64,000 nucleotides of DNA, from NCBI GenBank assembly GCA_046290225.1, contig JBKAGE010000034.1, forward strand, positions 384,001 through 448,000. The letters run 5' to 3'. The first letter of the stretch is position 1. Every line of letters begins with the position of its first letter. A model generated the notes under the pieces. The model made no database searches, was not told where the DNA came from, and worked only from the letters and a program-made list of their open reading frames with translations. Below are positions 1 through 9,363 of this stretch, piece by piece. The position numbers were made by a program, and so were the translations under genes. The stretch is from Bradymonadia bacterium. GTDB taxonomy: Bacteria; Myxococcota_A; Bradymonadia; UBA7976; UBA1532.

Positions 1-856
1 TCTGCGCCCAGGTGCGGACCCCGACGGCTGGTTCGATCTCGCCTCCATGGCCCGACTCGGGGGTGATCTCGCCGGGGCACGCACGGCCATGACCGAAGCG
101 CTGAAGCGTGAGACCCCCTCGGCAGATGTCTACGGGGCAGCAGCAGACATCGCCCTCGCCTCGGGCGACGCCACAGGCGCCCTCACCCACCTCGAAGCGT
201 CGCTGGCCCTGGCACCCCACGACGTCGATCGATGGACCCGCAAGGCCATGGCGCAGCTGGCTCTGGGGCAGCTCGACGCCGCGAAGGCCACCCTTGACCA
301 CGCACAAACGCTCGACCCGCGCGATCCGACGCCCCTCATCGCCCGAGGGGCCGTGGCCCGCCTGCAGGGCAACCTCACCGAGGCCATCGCCCACTTCGAG
401 GCCGCTGTGGCGTTGCGGCCAGGGCACGTACAGGGGTGGCTCGATCTCTGCCGGGCCCAGCTCGACGGGCGCGCCGCAGCGGCGACGCGGAACTGTGCCC
501 GTGGATCAGGCCTCGGCCGTGGCCCTGGAGCCAAGGCGCGCTTCGATGGGGCCTTCGCCCGGGTGAGCCTCAACGAGGGCAACACCCGCAAAGCGAAGAT
601 GTTGGCGCTGAGGACCATGGTGGCCGATCAGTTCAACGCCGACGCCCAGATGGTGGCGGGGGTCCTCGCTGCGGAAGCTGGAGATGTGGCTGCCGGTCGG
701 CAGGCCCTCGAGAAGGCCGTGTCCATCGATCCGGTCATGGCAGAGGGGTGGTGGCATCTGAGCAAGGTCAGAGCCCAAGGGGGGGACACCGCTGGGGCGA
801 CTCAGGCGAGAGATCGAGCCCTCGCACTGGGCTATCCAGCCACCAGCGAGCCGTAA
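1..856 (+). CDS. Tetratricopeptide-repeat protein, probably 5'-truncated by the window
   Basis: Repeated TPR-like helices (e.g. AIAHFEAAVALRP, ALEKAVSIDP). The frame is open from base 2 to the ATG at 47, so the true start may lie upstream. Confidence 0.8.
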   Translation, partial: LRPGADPDGWFDLASMARLGGDLAGARTAMTEALKRETPSADVYGAAADIALASGDATGALTHLEASLALAPHDVDRWTRKAMAQLALGQLDAAKATLDHAQTLDPRDPTPLIARGAVARLQGNLTEAIAHFEAAVALRPGHVQGWLDLCRAQLDGRAAAATRNCARGSGLGRGPGAKARFDGAFARVSLNEGNTRKAKMLALRTMVADQFNADAQMVAGVLAAEAGDVAAGRQALEKAVSIDPVMAEGWWHLSKVRAQGGDTAGATQARDRALALGYPATSEP

Positions 857-876
857 TTCATCTTCGCAGCAGGTGC

Positions 877-2859
877 TCAGGTGGTTGCAGGTGCCTGCTC
901 CGCCGTCATGTACTGCTTGGCCAGCTGGAGCGCCTCCACCGCCGCTTGGGGCTGCTGCAATCTCAGGAACAGCTTGGCGAGGTGGGCCCAGAAGCTCGAG
1001 TCGGTGCAGCCCGCCTGGGCCACCCTCTCGTACCACCGCAAGGCCTCCATGTCCTCGTTGGCCTCTTCGGCGATTTGCCCGATGGCGAGGCAGAGCGACT
1101 CTGACTCGCGGACCGCCTCGTGGGCCTCGTACAGACCCGTGAGCAGATCATAGGCGCCTTGCAGGCCTTGCGCTTGCTTGATCATCGCCGCCACCTGTAC
1201 GGCCACGTCCACCTCTGAGGGCCGCACGGCGATGTAGCGATGTACGTGGCCAGGGGCCTCGTTCAGGTGACCGAGATTGCAGCCCAGCTCCACGAGGCGC
1301 GCTCTGACGACGACGTCTTCCTCACGGCCATCGCCGGGCATCGTCTCCACGATCTCGTTGTAGAGGGCATAGGCCTCGGCCCACTTCTCCTCCTCGAATT
1401 CGATGTCGCCGAGCAGCTTCTTCGCCCGCCATTGCTGAATGGCCGGATCGTGGATCGCCAGCAGGTTGTAGCCGTCCATCTTCACCGCGAGAGAGCGCTG
1501 AAGGTTGCGTCGGGCCATCTCCAACTGGCCCTCGCCGATGTGGCCGTAGGCGGAGTGGTACCAGAGATCTACATTGTCGGGCCATCGAGTCAGGGCCCTG
1601 TCGGCCACCTCGATGGCCTCCGCCGAGCGCCCCTCACCAGTGAGCGATCGCACGAGGCCCACATAACTGTAGGGCACGGGCATGTGTCGGACTGCTGGCG
1701 GGTGGGCACCGGGATCCCGCTCGAACAACCTCACCACCTGACTGAAAGCCTCACGGGCCCGATCCACTCGACCAGCCACCCAGTGTTGGGAGCCGAGGTA
1801 GAAGTGGGTCATCAGGTCGTCAGGGCGCTCGGCGAGGCGGGCCTCGAGCAGCTCGATGTTCCGCTCGTCCTTGGCCTTCTCCTTCATGACCTCCGGATCA
1901 GCACCATAGTGGTCGAGGATGAGATCCAGCCGGAAGTCGAGGGAGGTCTGCAGTGCAGTGCCCACCTCTTCGTGCACCCGGCCGGTGAAACGCATGCCCT
2001 CGACGTTGCGGAACAGCCGCCCGGAGAAGCCTTCTCCCATGAAGGTGCCGTCCCGAGTGAAGTTCCGAAGCCTCGGACAGACGATGAGATGCTGCGGGCC
2101 ACCGGCCTCGAGGATGGACTTGAGCACGCTCCGAGACTCCGGCGCGAGACGCTCGTCGCAGTCGAGACAGAGGATCCAGTCGGATTCGGCCATGTCCAGC
2201 GAGGCGTTCCGGGCGGTGGAGAAGCTGCCGTCCCAGGGGTAGTAGCCCACCTTCACGCCGAGGGCTTCGCAGATGGCCACGGTGTCGTCGGTGCTCCCAG
2301 TGTCCACCACGATGATCTCGTCGGCCACCCCCTGCACCGACTCGATGGCGCCTGCGATGAACTCGGCCTCGTCTTTGGCGATCATGCACACCGCCAGCGT
2401 GGGCCTCTGCGCCCGCCGAGCGGCCTTCACCGTCTCTTGCACCACACGATGTACGTGCTTGGGGGCCGATTTGGAGCGGCCCAGCATCTGCCGGGCGTTC
2501 TTCTGGCTCTCCTTCGCCGCGGTGTACTCCGGATCAAGCCAAAGGCAATGCTCGAAGAGGGTGAGCGCCTCTGCGGCGTGCTGGCGGTTGAACAGCGCCA
2601 CGCCGAGCAGATTGCACAGGTGGATGTTTCGCGGATGCTCGGTGAGGACCGGCGTGAGCAGCTCGATGACGTCCTTGTCCCGACCGAGGTCGAGCAGGTT
2701 CACCGAGGCATGGCCGAGGATCGTGGCGTTGCCGGGCTCGAGCTCGAGGGCCTGCTTCCAGAGGGGCTGCGCCCGCTCCGGGGCCGAGGCCCGCATGGCG
2801 ATGGACTTCAGATACTCAGCGGACTGAGGATCTCGAACGGTGGCGATCTTGAAGGGCAT
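877..2859 (-). CDS. GT2 glycosyltransferase with N- and C-terminal TPRs
   Basis: Motifs CMIAKDE, VDTGSTDDT, FSTARN, LDCDE (DxD) and GRVHE, flanked by TPRs. Start re-placed at MPFKIA (2859) because the longer ORF overlaps the kinase gene. Confidence 0.88.
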   Translation of the reverse strand: MPFKIATVRDPQSAEYLKSIAMRASAPERAQPLWKQALELEPGNATILGHASVNLLDLGRDKDVIELLTPVLTEHPRNIHLCNLLGVALFNRQHAAEALTLFEHCLWLDPEYTAAKESQKNARQMLGRSKSAPKHVHRVVQETVKAARRAQRPTLAVCMIAKDEAEFIAGAIESVQGVADEIIVVDTGSTDDTVAICEALGVKVGYYPWDGSFSTARNASLDMAESDWILCLDCDERLAPESRSVLKSILEAGGPQHLIVCPRLRNFTRDGTFMGEGFSGRLFRNVEGMRFTGRVHEEVGTALQTSLDFRLDLILDHYGADPEVMKEKAKDERNIELLEARLAERPDDLMTHFYLGSQHWVAGRVDRAREAFSQVVRLFERDPGAHPPAVRHMPVPYSYVGLVRSLTGEGRSAEAIEVADRALTRWPDNVDLWYHSAYGHIGEGQLEMARRNLQRSLAVKMDGYNLLAIHDPAIQQWRAKKLLGDIEFEEEKWAEAYALYNEIVETMPGDGREEDVVVRARLVELGCNLGHLNEAPGHVHRYIAVRPSEVDVAVQVAAMIKQAQGLQGAYDLLTGLYEAHEAVRESESLCLAIGQIAEEANEDMEALRWYERVAQAGCTDSSFWAHLAKLFLRLQQPQAAVEALQLAKQYMTAEQAPATT

Positions 2860-2956
2860 GCAGGCCTCTCGGGCGTAGACAGACTCGCACGATAGAACGG
2901 CGCAACGACCCCCACGACTTGAGGCAGATCGAACAGAGAGAGGCTGGCTGTTTTCC

Positions 2957-4771
2957 TTGAGGCCCAGTGGGGTTATCCTCCCGGGGCACTCTGACCGCCA
3001 AAGGCCCCTCTTGAGCCAGCGACCCGTCCCTTTTGGCAAATATCTGCTCCTCGAGCGCATCAGCGTCGGCGGCATGGCCGAGGTCTTCAAGGCCCGTACG
3101 TTCGGTGTGCAGGGCTTCAGCAAGCTGGTGGCCATCAAGAAGATCCTGCCGCACCTCGCCGAAGATGAGCAGTTCGTCGACATGTTCATCGCCGAAGCCA
3201 AGATGGCGGTGCAGCTCACCCACACCAACATCGCCCAGATCTACGATCTCGGCTGCATCGACAACGATCACTACATCGCCATGGAGTACGTGAGCGGCCG
3301 TGATCTGCTGTCGCTGCACAACCACTTCCGCAAGACCGGCCGCAAGCTGCCTGTAGAGCTGGTGGCCTACATCGGCGCCCGCATCGCCGAGGGCCTCGAT
3401 TACGCCCACAACAAGAAGGGTGCCGATGGCCGGCCGATGAACCTCGTGCACCGGGACATCAGCCCCCAGAACGTGCTCATCAGCTACGACGGCGCGGTGA
3501 AGTTGATCGACTTCGGCATCGCCAAGGGCAGCCTGCAAGGTCGCCAGCAGACCCAGGCGGGGGTGCTCAAGGGCAAGTTCGGCTATATGAGCCCCGAGCT
3601 CGTCACCGGCCAGGAGATCGACCACCGCAGCGACATCTTCGCCCTGGGCACGGTGCTCTACGAGCTGCTCACCAGCGAGCGGCTGTTCCTCGGCGAGTCC
3701 GACTTTGCCACTCTGGAACAAATCAAAACCTGCGATATTCCCCCGCCCAGCGTTCGATCCCCTGAGGTGTCCCCGGCCCTCGACGACATCTTGATGAAGG
3801 CCCTCACTCGAGATCCGAACGATCGTTACAGCCGGGCCGCGGAGATGTCCGAGGCCTTTGAGCGGATGCTCCGAGAGGTGGGCCACCATCACCCCATGAA
3901 GGCCCTCGGGCACTGGATGCAGACCAGCTTTCGCGAAGAGCGGGCCAAAGAGGTCAGCCGCAACGAAGCCTGGATGCGCATGGAGATGTACCCGGACGAC
4001 GAGGAGGAAGAAGAGACCTCGCTCTGGGACGACGCCCCCGACGTCGCCGCCGCAGCCAACCCTGAGAAGCCCACCTGGCTCTCACCAGAGGAAGCGCCGG
4101 CGCCGAACCTGCCCCTCGTGGGGACCCAGGTCGGCGACGATCCCATGGCCCTGCCCAACGCGCCGACCCCCACTCCAGATCCGCCTCCTCGGCCCATCAC
4201 CATCGATCACGCCCCCCGAGGGCAGCGGCGCCTCTTTCTGGTGGCCTCGGCCCTCGTGGTGATGGTGCTCACCGGTGTGGTGGTGGGCTGGCTGGTCCTC
4301 GAGCCCGCCCCCCCCAAGGCAAAGTCGGGGCTGGTGTTGCACATCGAACCCCCCGAAGGGGTCTCGATCTTCGTCGACAACACGCTCGCGGGCGAGGGCA
4401 GTCCATTCATCCAGAAGGGCTGGGCGCCTGGGGCCTACGCCGTGCGGGTAGAGCGCAGCGGGTACACTGCATGGAGGCGTCGATTCCTGCTCAAGCCCGG
4501 GGAGTTCGCCGAAGAGCGTGTGGTGCTCAAGCCCACCGCAGGCCTGCCGGGCAAGATCCGGTTCGTCACCGAGCCTGACGACGCACAGATCCTCATCGAT
4601 GGACGACCGCTCCGTATCGATCAACGGTATGGATATGTGAGCCTCGACAGCAGCCACCCCAGCACCATCGAGATCAGAAAAACAGGCTACCTGCCCTACC
4701 GGGAGCAGCTCACACCAGAGCCTGGGGGCAAACAGACCCGAACCTTCAGGCTCGAGCCCGCTCAGCCCTGA
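2957..4771 (+). CDS. Membrane Ser/Thr protein kinase with C-terminal PEGA domains
   Basis: VAIKK, HRDISPQN, DFG and YMSPE intact; TM helix LFLVASALVVMVLTGVVVGWLVL; PEGA-like repeats. Start may be TTG 3011. Confidence 0.93.
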   Translation: MRPSGVILPGHSDRQRPLLSQRPVPFGKYLLLERISVGGMAEVFKARTFGVQGFSKLVAIKKILPHLAEDEQFVDMFIAEAKMAVQLTHTNIAQIYDLGCIDNDHYIAMEYVSGRDLLSLHNHFRKTGRKLPVELVAYIGARIAEGLDYAHNKKGADGRPMNLVHRDISPQNVLISYDGAVKLIDFGIAKGSLQGRQQTQAGVLKGKFGYMSPELVTGQEIDHRSDIFALGTVLYELLTSERLFLGESDFATLEQIKTCDIPPPSVRSPEVSPALDDILMKALTRDPNDRYSRAAEMSEAFERMLREVGHHHPMKALGHWMQTSFREERAKEVSRNEAWMRMEMYPDDEEEEETSLWDDAPDVAAAANPEKPTWLSPEEAPAPNLPLVGTQVGDDPMALPNAPTPTPDPPPRPITIDHAPRGQRRLFLVASALVVMVLTGVVVGWLVLEPAPPKAKSGLVLHIEPPEGVSIFVDNTLAGEGSPFIQKGWAPGAYAVRVERSGYTAWRRRFLLKPGEFAEERVVLKPTAGLPGKIRFVTEPDDAQILIDGRPLRIDQRYGYVSLDSSHPSTIEIRKTGYLPYREQLTPEPGGKQTRTFRLEPAQP

Positions 4772-5880
4772 TCGTCGTCCGCGCCGCCCTTGAGCCGCTG
4801 AGCCACGCGCACGCGCTGACGGGCCTTGTAGAGATCGTGACGGTTCTCACCGGCTTCGTTCGCCGCCGCCGTGGCCTGATCACACAGCTGAAACTCCACC
4901 AACATGAAGACCACCACCCCGTGCTCGGGGTTCACCGGCACGTTGTAGCGCGCGAGCAGATCATCCACTCGGATCGGCAGGTCGACGACGAAGTTGATGA
5001 TCTTGAAGGAGTGCCCGCTGAAGTGGTTCACCGGCGCCGCCGTCGCCGAGCGGGGCAGCGGGCCCTGAGCTTCGGGGAACTGCATCACCTTGAGGAACCG
5101 CTTCATCTGCGGATCGGCGGCGATGGTCCGGTGCAGGTCGATGAGGCCATTTCGAGAGGCCCCAGGCACCACATAGTTGAAGGGGAACAGCTCGGTGCTC
5201 AAGTAGACCAGGGCTTCGAAGAGATCGTCGAGGCTGTCGGTGATCACCCTGAACCGGATGCGATCGTGCAGCTGCACCGCGTGGCTCTCGGACTGCACGA
5301 GCAGCTTGGTGATCATCGAGTCTACGGTCTTGCGACTGCCGGCGAACTCGGCGACCCGCACACCTCGGGCCTTGAGGCCGTCGAGGGCGGTGAAGACCTT
5401 GTTCTCGATGCGTTGGTACAGCTCTGCAGCGGAGACTGGCAGGGTGAACAACAGCTCCCTGCCCTGCAGATGATGGAACACGTGCATGACCTTGAGGATC
5501 CGGCACGCCTGCCTCTGGGCAGGGCTGTCCGGGCCGCTGGCCATCAAAAACAGGCCCTTGACGTTCTCCAGCTGGGTGAGAGCCGCGGTGAGATCGAACT
5601 CGAAGTAGCGATCGAGGTACTCGACGGCCTGGGTAAAGATGTGGCCCACCCGCTGTTGATCGATGGGATCACCCGGGTCGAACCCCTGCAGTCTCAGCAA
5701 GCGGTCCACCTCGGCCTCGCTGCGCAGCGAAAGCCGGCGCCAGTCCACCACGGAGTTGCCTTCGAGGAGCAATCTGAGTTGCTCGAGCTCTTGTAACCCG
5801 GTGCTCAAGAGGCCATGCTCTTCGAAGCTCGCGTTCAGGTGCACTTCGAAATCTGCGGGGCCCTCTTCAACCTGGGTCAT
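4762..5880 (-). CDS. TIGR04552-like protein (RelA/SpoT-type nucleotidyltransferase fold)
   Basis: GNSVVDWRRL; SRKT..SMITKLL; LHDRIRFRVIT; VEFQ; ENRH..YK resemble the synthetase-like core of this myxobacterial family. Confidence 0.75.
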   Translation of the reverse strand: MTQVEEGPADFEVHLNASFEEHGLLSTGLQELEQLRLLLEGNSVVDWRRLSLRSEAEVDRLLRLQGFDPGDPIDQQRVGHIFTQAVEYLDRYFEFDLTAALTQLENVKGLFLMASGPDSPAQRQACRILKVMHVFHHLQGRELLFTLPVSAAELYQRIENKVFTALDGLKARGVRVAEFAGSRKTVDSMITKLLVQSESHAVQLHDRIRFRVITDSLDDLFEALVYLSTELFPFNYVVPGASRNGLIDLHRTIAADPQMKRFLKVMQFPEAQGPLPRSATAAPVNHFSGHSFKIINFVVDLPIRVDDLLARYNVPVNPEHGVVVFMLVEFQLCDQATAAANEAGENRHDLYKARQRVRVAQRLKGGADDDQG

Positions 5881-5939
5881 CGTTCACTCGCGCTGTGGGG
5901 ACTGGGAAGGCGTTAACCTCGACCACAACGCCAGGAATT

Positions 5940-6098
5940 TCAACCCCTGGAAGTTCCGCGGTCGATGCCCAGTGTACCACCGAGCAGAGCAACGCTGGTG
6001 GCCATGATGGCCAGGTTGCCCAGAACGATGGCAGCGGGGGTGCCCGCGACGACGGCGGTGAGTGCCCCTGCCCCACCGAAAATGGCCAATGCCTTCAT
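5940..6098 (-). CDS. Small hydrophobic protein, 52 aa (MKALAIFGGAGALTAVVAGTPAAIVLGNLAIMATSVALLGGTLGIDRGTSRG)
   Basis: Read by hand; below the ORF-track cutoff. AGGAGGG RBS 5 nt before the ATG and a sigma70-like promoter upstream. Confidence 0.6.
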   Translation of the reverse strand: MKALAIFGGAGALTAVVAGTPAAIVLGNLAIMATSVALLGGTLGIDRGTSRG

Positions 6099-6147
6099 GT
6101 TTGCCCTCCTGAAAACGACTTACACCTACAACAGAACACCTGAAACC

Positions 6148-6176
6148 ACCTTGTCCCCTTATGGTGCGGGCGTCAA
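6148..6176 (-). promoter_or_regulatory. Sigma70-like promoter TTGACG-N17-CAAGGT for the small ORF and TIGR04552-like gene
   Basis: Near-consensus -35, 17-nt spacer, weak -10, A/T tract upstream. Confidence 0.45.
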
Positions 6177-6227
6177 AAAAATCGCCGACCCCTTGGAACG
6201 ACGTGTGTGTTCGCCGAGAGCCCTTTG

Positions 6228-7532
6228 ATGTCGCAGATTCTCACCGAGCCCCCCTGGGCCACCCGCGCCCTGAGCAATGGACTCACTGCCGTGGCGGTAC
6301 AGCGCCCTGGCGCCCGCAGCGCCCACTTGAACGTGGCGGTCCGTCTGGGGGTGCGCTTCGAAGCTCCAGAAGACAACGGACTGTCGCACTTTCTCGAGCA
6401 CGCCTTGTTCCTGGGCTGTGAGGGCTACCCGAACGCCGACGCGGTGAACGAGGCCGCGGAGCGGATGGGGGAAGTCATCGAGGCGTCCACAGGCCGTGAC
6501 ACAGTGCAGTTCGAGCACACTCTGGCCCCAAGCCGACTGAGGGCGGGGCTCGATCTCATGGCGGCCATGCTCACGGCGCCCCGGTTCGAAGGCCTCGAGC
6601 CCGAGCGGGCCATCATCCTCGAAGAAGCCCTGGACGAGCTCGACGATCGTGGTCGGCTCATCGACGCCGACACGCTGTCACGCATGGATCTCTGGCCAGG
6701 GATCTCCATGGGCCAGCGCATCATCGGCCCGGAGTCGAACATCGAGCGCTTCGATCTCGATGATCTCCACCGGATGCATCGCCGCCACTTCCAGGGGCCG
6801 AACATGGTGGTGACTGTGGTGGCCGACGCGGATCCGCAGATCCTGCTCGACGACATCGAGGCGGCCTTCTCGAAATTGCCCGGCGGCGACGCCCGCGCGC
6901 TCACGCCTCTGCCCGAATTCGCCGCGGGTCCCCTCCTCCGTCAGGTCCCGGACAGTGGTAGCCAAGTGGAATGCCGCCTGGCCTTTCGCACCCCAGGCTT
7001 TAGACACCCCGACGCGCCGATCATCGACATGATCAAGCGCATCCTCGATGACGGCATGGCAAGTCGGATCCAGAGGCGTCTGGGCAATGACCTGGGCCTG
7101 GCGTACGACCAGTGGGCCGCCTGGGATCGATACCCTGACACCGGGGCCTTCGAGATCGGCGCCACGGTGAGCCCGGGCAAGGCGATCACCCTCGTGAAGG
7201 AAGCTTACGCCCTGCTGGAGGGCCTCGTGACTGATCCACCCGACGATGCCGAGCTGTCACGGGTGCGGTTCAGAGCCCAGTGGGCGGCGGAGACCGGCGG
7301 TGAGCACGGGGAAGTCCTCGCAGCGCGGTACGGCACTCGACGTCTCTACTGGCCCGACGCCCGGCCAGTGGCCGAGCGCCTCGCGGCTCAACTCGATGTC
7401 AGTGCCGAAGACATCGCCCGGGTGGCGGCTTCGCTCTTTCAGGGCAAAAACCACGTGGCCTGTGTGGTGGGCGATCTGAGCCGCCCCGCTGGGCGCACGC
7501 TCGAACGCACGGTGGCCGCCTTTGGCCGCTGA
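6228..7532 (+). CDS. M16 (insulinase/pitrilysin family) zinc peptidase
   Basis: Inverted zinc motif HFLEH, downstream ERAIILEE, C-terminal M16 domain with GLAY. Confidence 0.9.
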   Translation: MSQILTEPPWATRALSNGLTAVAVQRPGARSAHLNVAVRLGVRFEAPEDNGLSHFLEHALFLGCEGYPNADAVNEAAERMGEVIEASTGRDTVQFEHTLAPSRLRAGLDLMAAMLTAPRFEGLEPERAIILEEALDELDDRGRLIDADTLSRMDLWPGISMGQRIIGPESNIERFDLDDLHRMHRRHFQGPNMVVTVVADADPQILLDDIEAAFSKLPGGDARALTPLPEFAAGPLLRQVPDSGSQVECRLAFRTPGFRHPDAPIIDMIKRILDDGMASRIQRRLGNDLGLAYDQWAAWDRYPDTGAFEIGATVSPGKAITLVKEAYALLEGLVTDPPDDAELSRVRFRAQWAAETGGEHGEVLAARYGTRRLYWPDARPVAERLAAQLDVSAEDIARVAASLFQGKNHVACVVGDLSRPAGRTLERTVAAFGR

Positions 7533-7696
7533 CGATGGGCTCGGGCCACATCAGCGTCTCGTTTCGCTTGGCGAAGCATGATTCACCGACGCCTGTGAGC
7601 GGAGCTGAATCGACATCTGCACAAAAAAACCTGTCGTGGCTCTGCCCGCGTCGTCGCCTCTGCAGTTGAAACACCACTCAACTCGAGGAGACGATC

Positions 7697-8542
7697 ATGC
7701 ACCACTTCACCCTGCTCACCACCCGCACCTGCCTCATCGCTCTGTTGGCCTCTCTGACCCTCACGGGCTGCCCCACGGGTGACGATGGTCCTGCTCCGGA
7801 GGACCAGGCTGACATGTCTGGTGAAACAGGGGGCGCCGAAGCGCCCTCTGAGAACCCTGACGGTCGAGCACCTGCAGACGGCCTCGACGAAGCCCCTGCT
7901 CAGAGCGAAGTCGACGTTCTCGACCCAGAGGGGATCTCCGCCGATGACCTCACGAGGCCCGGCCCTGAAGAGGAAAGCCCTGAAGAAGAGAGTCCTGACG
8001 TCGAAGCTGATCCTGAAGAAGGTCCTCAAGCAAGCGAGACTCCAGAACGCGACCCTCAGGCAGGGACGCCGCGGGAGGAAGTCGATCCCCTGGCCTGTGA
8101 TCAGGCCTGTGCCGACGAAGCTCAGGCGTACTACACCGACTGCATCGGCTGGGGCTTCTCAGAAGAGGTCTGCAGCGCCCGGGCTGGCTCCATGGCTCGA
8201 CAGTGCATCGTCGATCAATGTCGGGACGACGAAGAGGTAGAGGAGACGCCCGAAGAAGCTGATTACGAGGCCTGTATGGATCGCTGCACTGACCGAGGCG
8301 GCTCTGCCCGCCAGTGCCATGAGATTTGCACCGAGCCTTTGGAGCGCGAGATGGCCGACCCTCGCGAAGACGAGGAGGACGGCCCCACCTGCGCCGAGAC
8401 CTGTGAGGCCGAGGCCCTCGAGGTCTACGAGGCCTGTATGGATCGCCACGATGACGAGCAGGGTTGTCGGGATCGCGCTCGGCGGACTCAGCAGCGATGC
8501 GTCGCCGAAGAGTGCACTGAGCGGGTGATCATCGCCGAGTGA
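7697..8542 (+). CDS. Acidic, Cys-rich repeat lipoprotein
   Basis: GAGGAG RBS, lipobox LTGC, acidic linker, repeated Cys modules. Confidence 0.8.
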   Translation: MHHFTLLTTRTCLIALLASLTLTGCPTGDDGPAPEDQADMSGETGGAEAPSENPDGRAPADGLDEAPAQSEVDVLDPEGISADDLTRPGPEEESPEEESPDVEADPEEGPQASETPERDPQAGTPREEVDPLACDQACADEAQAYYTDCIGWGFSEEVCSARAGSMARQCIVDQCRDDEEVEETPEEADYEACMDRCTDRGGSARQCHEICTEPLEREMADPREDEEDGPTCAETCEAEALEVYEACMDRHDDEQGCRDRARRTQQRCVAEECTERVIIAE

Positions 8543-8551
8543 CACCCCAGG

Positions 8552-9214
8552 TTATGGCCCCAGGCCTACCCAGACCGACCCGTCCGCACGGATCTCCTTC
8601 TTGAAGATGGGCACGTCTTCTTTGAGCCGGTCGATGATGAACTGACAGGCCGCAAAGGCCTCACGCCGGTGCGGTGTGCTCACCGACACCACCACTGCAG
8701 CTTCACCCACGGGCAAGACACCCAGCCGATGATGCAGGGCGATGCGGGCGCCGGGCCACTGCCCCAGGGCCTCTTCACAAATGCCTTGCATCACCTTCAC
8801 CGCCATGGGGCGGTAGGCCTCGTACTCCAGCCGCACCACCTGATGCTCGCCGGTGTGATCGCGCACACGGCCAGTGAACGTCACCAGACCTCCACGATCG
8901 GGGGCATTCACGAGGTGCTCTACGCCTTGTGGATCGAGCGGCTCGTCCGTGAGCAGGACCTCGGGGCGGCCTCCAGAGACCGGTGGAATCATGGCCACAG
9001 TGGCCTCGGCAGAGAGCCTCTGCTGATGGTCGAGGACAAAGGCCTCGTCCACCGCCCACCTCACGTGAGGGTGCAACGGCGCCAATGCAGGGTGCCGGGC
9101 ATAGATCGACTCGATGAGCTCCGCGAGCGTAGCGCCCTCGGCGAGGGTGTAGGCCTCCTCGTCGAGGCCAGCCCGCTCCCGGGCGATGGCGAAGTAGAGC
9201 ACGGTGATGGCCAT
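8552..9214 (-). CDS. moaD-moaE: Fused molybdopterin synthase sulfur carrier and catalytic subunit (MoaD-MoaE)
   Basis: MoaD part: VLYFA..RE...IPPVSGG. MoaE part: TFTGRVRD, LEYEAY, HRLG, HRREAF, LKEDVPIFKKE. Start at MAITVLYF (9214). Confidence 0.92.
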   Translation of the reverse strand: MAITVLYFAIARERAGLDEEAYTLAEGATLAELIESIYARHPALAPLHPHVRWAVDEAFVLDHQQRLSAEATVAMIPPVSGGRPEVLLTDEPLDPQGVEHLVNAPDRGGLVTFTGRVRDHTGEHQVVRLEYEAYRPMAVKVMQGICEEALGQWPGARIALHHRLGVLPVGEAAVVVSVSTPHRREAFAACQFIIDRLKEDVPIFKKEIRADGSVWVGLGP

Positions 9215-9363
9215 GAAGCGCCTTCCTGGACGAGATCGCTTGAGCGAGACGAGCGCAGAAGGGTAAGAGTATCCGCTGGCCGCCAGCAACCCGCTTTGAT
9301 GTCTCCACCATCGCGAGGGCATGTCGGCCCACCGATTTTCATCCACGCCCCAGGAGCCCTGCT

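Noticed and set aside
1240..2895. 551-aa + strand ORF
   Set aside because: Antisense shadow of the glycosyltransferase, typical of high-GC codon bias; no motifs.
5867..6228. Track ORFs 5867-6076, 5895-6143 and 5965-6228
   Set aside because: No convincing RBS or protein-like features; the 52-aa ORF at 5940-6098 has better signals.
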